A stretch of DNA of 64,000 nucleotides from Camelus ferus (lineage: Eukaryota). Every line of letters begins with the position of its first letter. The first letter of the stretch is position 1. The DNA lies in assembly GCF_009834535.1 (NCBI RefSeq), contig NC_045696.1:73410001-73474000 (forward strand). Direction: 5' to 3'. Shown piece after piece: positions 1 to 12,265 of this stretch. Both the position numbers and the translations under genes were made by a program. The notes under the pieces are model-generated. The model was not told the DNA's origin. It did no database searches and saw only the letters and a list, made by a program, of their open reading frames with translations.

Positions 1-484
1 GGTCACCTAGTCTTATATTGAGCCTACAGCTCTTCTAATTCCTGATAGCCCATTCAGCACCTAGGACAGTGCTGCATGTCACTCTCACAACGGTGTTTGA
101 AAGAATAAATGGTAGCATATTGAGGGAAACAGCTTCACTGAGGAACTCTACACATTTAAGAAGAACTCCAAAAGGCTAGCCCTCAAGATATAGGCAAAGG
201 CAAAATCACCCTTTCAAAAATCTTTAAGTAGTAAACATTATGCCAGCTTATTATTTCAACTATAGAATTTTTTTTTCAGTAGCCTAATCGTAAGTAATCA
301 CAAAAGGCACAATAATCAAACATAAACCCAAGTTAATTTTCAGGTACTCTTTTTTTCCAAAGAGTTTTATATGAATATACCATTACATTCCCTTTTCTTC
401 CCTGTGAACCAAGGTTACTAACACTGTTTCCCTTTAAAAATAGCAAATGAAAAATCCAAAATGAGAAAGAGAAGAGAGGAGGGA

Positions 485-635
485 ATTAATACTCATTGAG
501 CATTTAAAGTGTGCCTGGTAAAGTACTGATTCTTTTTTCCCACATTATCTTAATGCTTACAATAACCCTGAAAAATAAGTATTCTTGTTTAGATGAGGAA
601 ACTAAAGCTCAGAAACCTTAAGCAACTGATATAAG
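485..635 (-). mobile_element. MIR SINE fragment
   Basis: 'tttagatgaggaaactaaagctcaga' is the reverse complement of the MIR core; it is preceded by the reverse-complemented MIR tail ('cattgagcatttaaagtgtgcctgg'). Confidence 0.7.
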
Positions 636-725
636 AAGCCCGGATGATCTAAGAGCTTCTATTAACCAGAACTCCTAATTATGAGTAAATTAGCATGTTT
701 ATGCATTCACCAAGTCTCTGTCTGT

Positions 726-727
<2 letters not shown>

Positions 728-758
<31 letters not shown>
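728..758. repeat. (CA)n microsatellite
   Basis: Perfect CA run, seen directly. Confidence 0.97.
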
Positions 759-760
<2 letters not shown>

Positions 761-1481
761 AAAGACAAAGACACACAGTCAGTTAAAATGAGAACTACAA
801 CAAAACACTGAATACTGAGAACAACACACAGTGTTCTCTGGATGGCAGAAATAAATATAAAATAATAGAATATTGCATCATCTAATGAAAATCAGGCTCA
901 GAAACTATCAAATGAGAAGTCTTGAAGGTCATCTTTAGCTGGAACAATTAAAATACAGAGCTCTTAGGTGCTAGGTGAGATGGGACCCTACGCGTAGGTT
1001 TCAGTCTAATTGTTTAATGCACAGAACTGTAAGATTCATTTTCCTGACTTTTCCAAGCAGTTACCAAATGTTCTCTTTGTACTACCCTAGAAGTTTTTTT
1101 TTTTTTAAATGTCTACTATAGGTTTAGCTGTGTTTCATTACATGGCAACTTCTAGAAGTTCACAAACACCACCCCGCCTTCTGCACACCTTCCCAAAGAG
1201 AAAATACTTGACAATGCAAAATTGTGGATTTGTGCATTTTTCTGGGATGGTATTTCATAACTTTCTCCAGACTTTCAAAAGGATATGCAACTGTCAAAGC
1301 TAAGAACCTCTGCTCTAGACTCTGAGGCCAATCTCCACCTGTCCTCTGCTCTCAATAAATGTCTGACCAATAAATGAGTGGATGGCATTCAGTGGGAGTC
1401 TAGAAGAAAACACACAGTCTTATCTATGCTCTTTGACCTCCAAGAATTTCATAGACATTAAACAGTTCTCTTTTAGAGATA

Positions 1482-1740
1482 GGTCAGCATTATGTTGAGA
1501 AGATGAGCTTTGGAACTTTCTGCCTAGGTTCTATTCTGGACTCTACCACTTACTAGTTGTGTGACCTTGGTCAATCGACACAGCTCTCTTAGCCTCAGTT
1601 TCCTTATCTCTGAAATGGGGCTAATAATAAAAATAATAATAATAACAGGACGTAGTTAATATAGCTGATCTAGTTAGGTAATAAGATAATAAGTTTAAAG
1701 TGCCTGGCATGTGGTAGCACACAATCAGTGACTGTAAGCT
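1482..1740 (+). mobile_element. MIR SINE, near full length
   Basis: 'ctctaccacttactagttgtgtgaccttgg...agcctcagtttccttatctctgaaatgggg...gtgcctggcatgtggtag' follows the MIR consensus in order. Confidence 0.85.
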
Positions 1741-3408
1741 ATAGGGGTACATTGGTCGTGGCAGTGATCATAACCACAGAATTCCCCCAATTACTCTCCT
1801 TTATACCTGGAACATAAATCCAGATAATATTAGTGCTAGAGTACAGCAAAGCCTATATCTATTTACAGAACATATATTATCTATTGAATACCTACAATGG
1901 ACTGGCCTGGCCTGGTAGATGGCATAGGATGAAATTCTCACACACAAAAAATTTATAAATAAAAATGTCACATTTGAGCTTTTGGAGGTTTGTGGCTAAG
2001 AACTTTCTCTTAGTGTTGGGTTTCTTCTCAGTATCTCCCTTAAGCCCTCCAAGCTACTATGGCAAATAACATCAGCTTTACTGAAATGTCTCTGACAAGG
2101 ATGGAGAATAGGGAGATGTTCTCACAGATGGTCAGGGCAGAGCACTTCCTTTCTAGTAGGGTCCTTATGGGGGAAGACAGCTTGGATCTGTCCTTGAAAA
2201 TTTAAACTGGCTTCCTTTTGAGAAGGCAGTATTTTCAGCTCATTGGGCTTTATAATGTTTTTATTGCTATATGCTTTTTAAAAGTTGCTCAATACACTTT
2301 TAATTCTGAAACACTGAGGAACAGTTGTGCCAGCAAGCTATATTAACACTAAATAAATATTCTGACCAGTTTAAACCACTTGATGACAGCCATTAAGTGT
2401 TGTGAGTAACATACCAAAAATCTACCAGCTGAATTTTATGTTTTATTAGGTAATTTTGGTAAAAGATTTAAATCTGGTGATATAGATTTGTCTGTATGCT
2501 TATTTGTACATAATTATGTGCACAATAAGTCTACGTGAATTTATAAAACCCATACAGAAGATGGTATGCATTGGGCCTAAAAAAGCAAAAGCCCACTTAA
2601 AGACAGTAAATTTAAAGGCAAAATATATGTATTACAAAGAAACTCTTGTCAAAAAGAATCAGAAAGCCTCAGATTCATAGTAACTAACAAGACCTGAATG
2701 AAGTGGATTCTTTCTGTTGCTGCATTTGTCACTCTAATGGCCTTTCCTCACGGAGTTTTGGCTGGTGAATCAGGCCTTGCTGCAGTAGGGTAATAATTGA
2801 TGGCAGGCTGCCACACAGCCCAAGGAGAGCTCTGTCAGGAGGTCTCCAGGGCCTGGGGATCAGTGTGCTTAAAATATTAGGATTTGATAGAGTTAACACT
2901 TGCCCTCGAGCAGATGGTTTTGAACACTCTGTCAACACTGCCAGTGATTACTGCAAACAGATTCTTCGTCCCAGAGGGATGGGAGTGAAGTGCTTTCTAG
3001 CTCCCAAGTCTCATCTAAAAGGTGTAAAATGTATCATTTCCAGGGTCTTCCCTTGGCTGTGAGAAGCACAAAGGTTTCCCACCCTACGCAGCCAGAGTTG
3101 TGACTTAATCAAGAGCCTTTGCTGGGCCTGGGGGAAAACAGATCTGGCTAAACTTAAACTTAAACTAAATCCTTCTATTTTGTGTCCCTGAAATACTTTG
3201 GGTTTATGACTTTTTTTTAATAAGCTACCAGAATTAACCATAGTCAGGTCAACACAAAAGGGTGGAAGGAGGGGGATGGGAGGATGGGGAAGATCCTGTG
3301 GGCACTCTGAAATTTTCAGAATTTCAAAGTTTCGAAGTAAAACTTAATGCACCTACTAGTAATATATTTTCAACCTAGGCAAATTCATTTTGGGGAAAAT
3401 GTCTCTTT

Positions 3409-3473
3409 TTTTCTTTTTCTTTTTTTTAACATTTTTTAAATTGAGTTATAGTCATTTTACAGTGTTGTGTTAA
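3409..3473 (-). mobile_element. Very short 5'-truncated L1 3' end
   Basis: Poly(T) plus 'ttttttaaattgagttatagtcattttacagtgttgtgt', the reverse complement of an L1 3' terminus (compare ~40000-40045). Flanked by the TSD gtctcttt at 3401-3408 and 3474-3481. Confidence 0.75.
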
Positions 3474-5004
3474 GTCTCTTTAAATGAAAAATACTATCCA
3501 TTCCTGTTGAGAAAACGGGTTTATAGAATTAGGAAATGAAATCACCAATAAAGGGGAGATCATGGAAAGCAACTTGCAAGATTCTCATTCTACAGTGAGA
3601 TCAGAAGACGGCATAGCATCATTCAGGAAGGATTTCCAGGGGCTTGCTCTCTGCCCAGCACTGCATGGTGAAGAATGCCAGTCACCAGATGCTCCAAGTA
3701 AGAGGGACCAGAGTTCACAAGATAGAACTTACACTCATAGAACCTCTCTGCTCTGGAAGTGGCTAACATAGGACCTCTTATCTACAGTTATTACAACTTC
3801 ATTATTATAAAACCAAGTGCAAAAGGAACACCTCAATTCTAACCCTCTGGAAAAGGCTACTTAAGGTGCGCGGTCCTGTCGGTGAGCTGATCCACGCTCT
3901 GGCTTGCTGCTCACCCTCACTCAGAGGAGAAATGCCTTCCTGGACCACTGAGGCTGCCAAGACCAACAGGCAGGGAGGATTTTTTTTTTTTTTTTAAGAA
4001 ATATAGAGGGAAGTGTGTGAGAAGCAAAACTTAAAGATTCACAATTCCAGAACCCAGCTTTCATGCTAAAGGTTTATAACCTCCCCCTTCACTATGTCAT
4101 CTTGCCATGATGTTCTGAACACCTGCACTATTAAATTCTTTTCTTGGATTTTTTTAATAAGAAAAAATTAACAAAGTAAAATTTGTTGACAGTGTTCACA
4201 GTCAACGCAGTGGGTGTTCCACCTATGTGCTGTCACATTTTTCATGTTCATTTCTGCAGGTGCTAAATACATGCTGACAACAACATATGTTACCAATCTT
4301 AAATTTTTTTTTAACTTGTAATTAAGGAGTACTCACAGCTTGAAGAAAAAAATAATATAGGTGAAAGCTGCCTCTGCCCAAAGACTTTTATTTATTTTAC
4401 CTCTACCATTTATGTAGTTCTTGAATGCAGTATTTATGGAAATAGTAAGCTCTTAAAAATATTATCTATAATAATAGCCATAAATAGTAGCCAGAAAACA
4501 ATTCTGTAATAATGCTAAAAACATATGCGCTGACTTCCTACCTGAGAAAGCTCCACTTACTCTTTCCTTGTTTGTAATTTTTTGTCTTGACTCTTTTAAT
4601 TTCTCTTGTTCCTTTTAATAACACAGTCTTTCCGGGAAATAACACAAGCCTTCCAAAAAGTATTTATCATGCTATGGGACCCTCAAAGTCGTAGAAACAT
4701 TCTCTAAATGGAATATAGTTCTTTGAAACTTTTGCTGCTTTCTGTGTACATAGTCACTTCTGCATAGTTAAATCATTAGTAGGAAATGATTGTGATTTTA
4801 TCCCTACGGATTTCAGAGATGATTTCTTTTTATTGGTCATGAGGGGGCTATATAACGTCCACATTCCTCCTCTAGGGACCAATGATGGGATGATTGATGA
4901 TGTTTTCATCAAGTGTTACACTATTCTCTGACAGCTGGTAAGGAGTTTAGATGTATTTTTCAAATTTGAGGAAGTATCAAAATCACTGGGGCACTCAATC
5001 GCTC

Positions 5005-5366
5005 TACTTGTGACCCCCACTTCCTCTAAACTCCTGGCAATCAGCCAAGCTCAGTCAAGCCTCAGAGCCTCTGCTTCTCCTTCCCCTTGGTCTCCACATA
5101 AACTGAGACAAGGATGGCTCCTCCTTAGAAGGCCTTTCTTGAAGACCCTATCCAATATTGCTCCACCGCAGAACTTGGACACAGAACCCTGCTTTGTGTG
5201 CTTTGAGGCAGTTGTCACTATCAAAAGTTACCTTTTTAAAAAACGTATTTATTGTTTGTTTCTCTGACTAAAATATAAGCCCCATGAGATCAGGAACTAT
5301 TCATCTGCTTTGTTTGCATCTAACATGGAGTAAATGCTCAATAAATGTTTTTGAATAAATTAATAA
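5005..5366 (+). mobile_element. L2 LINE 3' end
   Basis: Ends with 'taagccccatgagatcagg...gtaaatgctcaataaatgtttttgaataaat', a typical L2 terminus. Confidence 0.75.
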
Positions 5367-5409
5367 ACTGCCAAAGATTCCGATATGAGATCGAGGCTGT
5401 TTTCCCTGG

Positions 5410-5503
5410 ATAGCTTTGATTCAGTAGGACTCAGGTGAAGCCAAAAACCTACAGTAAAAGCACCTCAGGTGATTTGGATGCTCAGGCAAGTTTGAAAATC
5501 ACT
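5410..5503. mobile_element. MER5B-like hAT-Charlie MITE fragment
   Basis: 'gattcagtagg...cctcaggtgatttggatgctcaggcaagtttgaaaatcact' resembles a MER5 terminus. Confidence 0.55.
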
Positions 5504-5513
5504 CTTTCAGTGC

Positions 5514-5669
5514 CCTGCTGCTCACCGTGGTCCATGGACCAGCAGCATCAGCATTTCCAGGGAGCTTGTCAGAAATGCAAACTCTCAGGCCTGCCCCAGA
5601 CCCATCAATCCAGAACCTGCATTAGCAAGATCCTTTAGTGATCGGCGCACTGAAGTTTGAGAAGCCCTG
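5514..5669 (+). mobile_element. MER5A/MER5A1 hAT-Charlie MITE
   Basis: 'gtggtccatggaccagcagcatcagcatttccagggagcttgtcagaaatgcaaa...aagtttgagaagccctg'. Confidence 0.85.
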
Positions 5670-5850
5670 CCCAGGTGAATGTATTTCCAGACCAAGTCTC
5701 CCCTGCCAATGAGATACAGACATGGAGGCATCACCAGGACACTTCGGCAGGAACTCTCACTTAGGCCTGGAGGCAGGAATGGGAGCTCTCTGATCGAAAT
5801 TACCAGCTCCATTCATCACATCTCCCAAAGTGAACACAGAACTTCCAGAC

Positions 5851-6038
5851 TAACAGTTCTCATAGTGTGGTCCCCAGACCAGCAGCATCAGCATCGCCTG
5901 GAAACTTATTAGATATAAATTCTCTGGCCCCATCTCAGATCTACTGAATTAAAAATTCTGAGGAGGGGGCCCAACAATCTGCCTCTTAACCAACTCTCCA
6001 AGTGAAATCTGATTTATACTAAAGTTCAAGAATAATAG
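5851..6038 (+). mobile_element. MER5A hAT-Charlie MITE, full length
   Basis: 188 bp, collinear with the MER5A consensus. 8-bp TSD ttccagac (5843-5850) / ttctagac (6039-6046) fits the Charlie nTCTAGAn target preference. Confidence 0.9.
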
Positions 6039-6046
6039 TTCTAGAC

Positions 6047-6215
6047 CAGAAGTTCCCAGCCTTTGCTATGCATTAAGATCACCCAGAGAAGTTTTAGAAA
6101 TCCCAGCGCCTAGGCCACACCCCAGACCAATTAAATAAGAATTTCTGAAAATGGACACCTAGATTTCACTAACCTTTAAAGCTTCTCAGTTGATTCTGAT
6201 GGGAACCACAGTTTC
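6047..6215. mobile_element. MER5B hAT-Charlie MITE
   Basis: 'tgcattaagatcacccagaga...gcctaggccacaccccagaccaattaaataagaatttct'. Confidence 0.75.
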
Positions 6216-6294
6216 AGCCACAATCAGATCCACCTGGCCACTTGGCAACAGTCACCAATAGAAATAGAGTTATCTGGAAGCAAGGTTAGATTAA

Positions 6295-6476
6295 GATAGT
6301 TGTTCTTGGTCTTTAGCACATACGAGAATCTCACCTAGAGGGCTTGTTAAAACATGGATTGCCAGGTCTCATTCCCAGAGTTTGAGTCAGCAGATCTGAG
6401 CCAGGCAGACAATCTGCAGTTCTAAAAAGTTCCCAGATGATGCCGATGCAGCTGGACCAGAAAATACATTCTGGGA
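6295..6476 (-). mobile_element. MER5A hAT-Charlie MITE
   Basis: Reverse complement of MER5A: 'gagggcttgttaaaaca...gttcccagatgatgccgatgcagctggacc'. Confidence 0.8.
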
Positions 6477-6552
6477 TTTTCCAACATAGTCAGGCCACAA
6501 AGGTCACAGGTCACTAAACTGAGCTGCTTTAAGCCAATAGGTCCAGTATTTT

Positions 6553-6932
6553 ATATATATATATACACTTTTTTTAAATTGACGTATAGTCAGTTTACAA
6601 TGTTATGTCAATTTCTGGTGTACAGCATAATGCTTCAGTCATACATGAACATACATATATTCATTTTCATATTCTTTTTCACCATAAGTTACTACAAGAT
6701 ATTGAATATAGTTCCCTGTGCTATACAGTATGAACTTGTTGTTTATCTATTTTATATATATTAGTTAGTATCTGCAAATCTCAAACTCCCAATTTATTCC
6801 TTCCCACTCCCTTCCCCATCCCTGGGAACCATAAGTTTGTTTTCTATGCCTGTGAGTCTGTTTCTGTTTTGTAAATAAGTTCGTTTGTCTTTTTTTTTTT
6901 TTTAGATTCCACATATAAGTGATATCATATGA
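6553..6932 (-). mobile_element. 5'-truncated L1 3' UTR (lineage-specific)
   Basis: Antisense homologue of the L1 3' end at ~39710-40045 ('ttccacatataagtga', 'ccctgtgctatacag'). TSD tccagtatttt at 6542-6552 and 6933-6943. Confidence 0.9.
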
Positions 6933-6994
6933 TCCAGTATTTTTGATCCCTATAAGTTGTCCCCTCTCCAAAATCTCATAGTCAGTAATTGGAA

Positions 6995-7360
6995 AGGATA
7001 TAGTGAACAGATATTAGTTGAGAATCAGATGGGCATGGGTTCAGATCTTGGCTCTGCCTCTTTAATCACTTTGTTTAATTTTCCTGCATCTCTGGTACTG
7101 ATTTGTGAAACAGGAAGAAGATTAGTGGGTGGTGGTTCTAATTCCTATCCAGTAATTACTAGCTGTGCTCCTGTGGGGAAGTTACTCACTTCTTTGCACC
7201 TCAGTTGTGTCCTAATAACTTCACCACTTTTCAGGGTTGTTTTGAGGAACAAACTAGGTAGGCCTAGAGAGATTAACTTCCTCAAGGGTGCAAAATTCCC
7301 CTAATAATTGGGGAATTAGGATTTAAATCTAAGCAGATCTGACTTCCAGCCCACTACTGA
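6995..7360. mobile_element. Cluster of MIR fragments (two +, one -)
   Basis: 'gggttcagatcttggctctgcc', 'ttactagctgtgctcctgtggggaagttactcac' and 'ggatttaaatctaagcagatctgacttcca'. Confidence 0.6.
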
Positions 7361-7369
7361 GCTAGCAAT

Positions 7370-7722
7370 GGTCAAACCCAACAGCCTTTTTCTAGGTTCT
7401 CATTCTTCTCCCTGGGTCATATTAGGCACCTGACTACTCTGTCCCTGAAAGTTTCTTCTCTCTGGGTTTATTTCACAGATTATTGCGTTCTTTCTCTTAC
7501 CATTTTAATTCTTTCTTACATCTCCAAATCAATATTCTAAACTTTGACCTTTCTCCTAAACTCCAGGCTTTTTTTCAATTGCCTGCTGGGCATCTCTGCC
7601 TGGATTTGACCAGACCCTCAGAAACAAAATGCCTCAGCCTAGCTCATTCTTCTCCCTCATTGATTTTTATTAGTGATATGACTATCTCCCCAGGCACTCA
7701 AGTTCAAAACTTCAGCAGCATT
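7370..7722 (+). mobile_element. L2 LINE fragment
   Basis: 'catctccaaatcaatattctaactttgacctttctcctaaactccag...caattgcctgctgggcatctc' is a recognisable L2 ORF2 segment. Confidence 0.65.
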
Positions 7723-10700
7723 TAGTTAGTTTGGAGCTTTTACTTAGTTATTCTCACTCTTTTCATAAACCATACTCCCTCTCTAAAAGGCCCTTAGTAT
7801 AATGCCACTTCTCACCAGCAACATGGTCAATGAAAATTATAGACAAAACACCTACATTTTCCCTCTTTTTATCAGAATTATAAGAAAAATTAACCATAAT
7901 CTTTCTTTAATTTAGACCTTTCGATATATAATGTCTTTTGCTCTATTTTTTGTTGTTGTTAAAAGAACCATATAGGGAACTATCTTCTCACATGTAAAGA
8001 TGCTTGTCTTACCAGAAAAAGCCACTCACATAGTCACCAACATAGAATATACCATGCATATTCACCCACTACTCTTTAAAATAATTTCCAAATTGTTTGA
8101 AATTTTTGGAAAAAAACAGTGAATACATAATATTTAAGATTCCAAAGTATCGAGATATGCCTTTAAATTATAAGAATTTTAATTGTTTTAATGATGTAAA
8201 CTAACTAAATAAGTTATTTCTAAACTCTATAAGCCCAAAGTGAGGGCCCAGGCTCTAACTGTCCCTTCCCCTGCCTGATACTTAAAATCATGGAGCTCTC
8301 TGAATAAACTATTTACTACTTCCATCTGTGAGTTTCTCCTAATTATCTAGCAATAATCATATTTCTCTGTTAGAGAGTGCAGTGAAGTCTTAGAGAGACT
8401 GATTTCTAAAAACATTCCCATGCTCAGACTGACACCCTCTGAAATTTGTGGCCAAAAAGCAGTTTGCATCATCTACTTGTTCTGGAGCTGCTCCCAGATC
8501 CGAGGAGGCCAAGTGTACAATTAAACTGACTCTGCTGGTCTGCAATATTGCATTCTACAGGCAAGGGAGGATACTGACTATACATGAAGTATCATTCACC
8601 AATGGTATATAACTGGTTTTTAGGAGCCCAAAACAAATCACTTGGAATTTTGCCAAACTCAAAAAAAAAAAAAAAAAAAAAAAAAACATAACAATCTTCT
8701 TTCTGCTAAGAATAATTATGTGAAATGTTCCCAGTGGGGTTGCCACCTTATTAAGTACCCGATTGTGATCCACGGCTGCTGGGGACTGGCTAAAAACATG
8801 ATGAATGCTTTGTACAAGATCTACAGAAAGGACAAGGAAAGTTAAAGGGATATATTATTTGGAAACAAATGCAGATGAAGTTCAGGGGCTCCGAATGAAA
8901 GCACATCTTTAATGTAATTATTGGGCATTACCATACTTCCAAAATGTTGAAGAATGGTCATCACTGTCTAATTTCATTTCTTCTGTATATTTATGCCTCA
9001 CTCTACTCTAAAGGGCAACGTAGAGAAATGATGGTACAAATTTAATTATTTTATTATTATTTAAAGAATCAAATGTCAGTCACTATGAATATCTTTTACA
9101 AGGCACAATGTTTCTTTTTTTAACAATTTATGCCATTCTGCAAGAATAAGCTAGTATTTTAGTTACTACAAAGGGTTAAAATACAGATGCTGTGAATGAA
9201 ATGCATAATCCTTAAGGCCTTAGAGCATTAAGACATATCTGCTCCTTAGGGTCCATCTTTGTCCATAATCAATTTCTTCCCTTGGAGAACATTAATTGTC
9301 TCTAATGATAGCTTTCCATCAATACATCCTTGATCTTAAAAGGCCTGTACAGCTTTTTCCTTTATTCAATCAAATCATCTCTACAATTGCCCCCCTTTAG
9401 TAAGATAATACCTTTTAAGCCTTGTATTTTAATATAAAAAATAAGAGGTAGCTGCAAATTCTAATGGAAGTGCTAACATTTGAGAACCAGGATGATGGCT
9501 TCTATTATCCTAAATAATGTTTGAAGATTATAGGAAGCACTGTGTTTCAAAAGGTGGAAACTAATCCACCACTTTCAAATTATTCCTTGTATAAAAATCT
9601 GTTCTGACATTAGAATTTTTTTTGCCCCAATGACGGCTCTGTATATTTAAATATTTGAATATGAAAGATTATTTTTCAGCACTGAAAAAGGCAAATAATT
9701 GCTATTTATATGGTCAAAATGCTGAATAATTCAAGGAATTGACAACTTGAAACACCAAAGCCTTTTATTTTGTTATTCCTCTGATAAGCCATTCCCACAC
9801 TCTTCACTTTAACCACCACAACCCTAGTCAGTAGTTACTAAAAGTATTTAATTTCATGATGGCAAAAAAAAAAAAAAAAAAGAAGACCTCAGGCTCTTTT
9901 CAACCCACTAACAATATCTTGCTTTCCCCACCCATTTGCCTTCTTCAAACATGCTTTTGTAAAGGCGTGGAAATTCAATATATATATATATTTTTGCCAT
10001 TCTACTGATTTGTTTCCATTCAAATAGAGGATTGCTCTTGCACCACGTTATCTACGTTACCCAGGATAAATCTGTGTTTCTGTCCATGGCCTAACAACAG
10101 CTTCTGCAGAGATGGCCGTAATATTTATAATAGGTAAGGAACCTTGAGAAGAGACACTGATAGGACAAAAGCCATCTTTCCTACAGAATTCTTCTTTGGG
10201 TGATTTCTATATTCAATAGGAACGTAGCAAAATTTCCATGCTGCATATAAAGTATCATTCTTATCACTGCAAGGTTAGGAAGCCCTTCTCACCAGTCCTG
10301 GCTTACATGTGTGCCTTCTCACTCACTTACAAAAAATCTGCCAGCGTTCTAGGAAACAGATGAAGAGACTCCGTGGAATGTAATTAACTGCAAAGCCCAG
10401 GTGATTAAAAAAAAACGATTAAAAGAAAATCACAGACACAACACAGAAAAGAACTTATTCACGGGGAAAAAAATAAGGTGAAGGGGAGATAAACAGAAAA
10501 ATTACTCATTTGTTTAGGGTTTCTCTAGCAGCATGTACAATTCTAGAAGCTAAATTTACATGCTGAATTGAAATACACGCAGTATTTCGTAAATATGTTG
10601 GCTGCAAAAAAGAACAGCAAAAGAAATATTAGAATTCTGTATGGGGAGAAAATGTGTCTATGCAGGTAGATAATATCACCCTAACAAATATCAAACCTAA

Positions 10701-11764
10701 ACAAAACACACGTAAAAGTGAGACCAGTTAACAACCAAGATAAGAGATGAAAATTGCCACTGAAGCAGATCAACTTTATTCAATGCCCTGATAAGCACCT
10801 ATTTGCTCTCCCCCATTATGCTTTCTTAGTATTTATAAATTATCATTTAATTATGCTGGCAAGTGGTAATTGTCAAATAAAGCTCAGATAGGCATAAGCC
10901 CTCAGGCTGCACATGACAGAAAAATATCTGTTAAAGCTGGGCTGATTCACACGCTTAGGAAATAATTTCCTTTCTTCTTTTTATCCTTGCCAACAAATTA
11001 TATGAACTGGCACTTTGTGCTTTGTAGGCATTTTGAAGTCTATGCAGATTACAGAAAAGAAAAATTAGTTGTTTCAATATCTACCAGTCCTAAATTATTC
11101 TGCTGATTTAAGACATCACGTTCTGAGAGAACAAAAGAGTGCAAAGATCAAGAAATTCAAACCTTCCTCTACTTAGAGTTTATGCTCAGGGTCATTTTCA
11201 ACTGAGGAAATCAAGATTTGGAGAATTATTTTACATATTGTATAATGGATTTTACATAAAGTAGGAACTGGAACATGACATTCATCCCATTACAAGAGAT
11301 ACAGAAATCTCTTTTTCCTTAAGTCTCTTACTACTTAGGTTTAATTAGTACCCATCCACCCCACCTCTTTTGTATCGAGTATTATAATTTTTTTCCCCCA
11401 GCTAGTTGCAGCACTCCAGCTGTGGAGCATAAACACAAATAGAGGATTATAATGCATACAAAAAGATAAGTTGAACACCAAGAGGCAATTTAATTTACAT
11501 CTAATATTTAGACAGAATGTTGTATTTTGGTTATGTAAGTAGAGCCTCTTGTGAATTATTTTCATTTGCAAGGCTGAGCAGAGAAGGCACAGAGAAATAT
11601 TTGTTCCCCCATCTTTTGTTTGCAGGGGTGGGGTGGGCAGAGGTGGGGGTGGGGAAGAGGAAGCAAAACTGTAAAAAAAAAAAAAAAAAAAAAAAAAAAC
11701 AGTCTGAGAAAACTCAAGTTCCTGCTGTGAGCAAAGTCATTACCACTTCTTTTCTTGTCATTTC

Positions 11765-12050
11765 TCCTTCCCTGCACTCCAGCCACCCTGGGCTATTTCT
11801 GGGGCCTTGAAGAGGACAGATTCCCTCCTGCCTCAGGGTGTTTGCACATGTTCTTCCCACCACTTGGAAAGTTCTTTAACAACTTCATCCCCACTCCATT
11901 CTCCACCTCCAATCCCCTCAGTCTACTTCAGTCCTACCCATTCTGCAGATCTCAACTCAAATATCCTTTCCTTGGGAAAGCTTTCTCTGACCCCTCTCTC
12001 CCAGCTCCAAATAAGACCATATGGGGTAATTTTACACCCTCTTAGCCCTT
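11765..12050 (+). mobile_element. L2 LINE fragment (resumes at ~12270-12410 after a MIR)
   Basis: 'cctgcctcagggtgtttgcacatgttcttcc...tctcaactcaaatatcctttccttgggaaagctttctctgaccc'. Confidence 0.75.
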
Positions 12051-12065
12051 ATTACAGTTTAAGAA

Positions 12066-12265
12066 CAATAATACAAACAAAAAGCATTTATCATGTGCCA
12101 GGCTCCTATATGTTCTAACAAAAACCTCACAGCAACCTTGTGGCGGAAGATGCTGAGGCACGGAAACATTAAATCTCTTGCCCAAGATTCCACAGCTACC
12201 AAGGACAGACCCAGGACAGCCCACGTCTGGGTCCAGAGTGTGCTCTCTTAGCTACTGCTTCTTAC
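12066..12265 (-). mobile_element. MIR SINE
   Basis: 'gcatttatcatgtgccaggc...cctcacagcaacctt...tgcccaagattccacagcta'. Confidence 0.75.

Noticed and set aside
3866..3892. REST/RE1-like motif (also a TTCAGCACC half-site at ~34707)
   Set aside because: Wrong spacing and mismatches in the first; only a half-site in the second.
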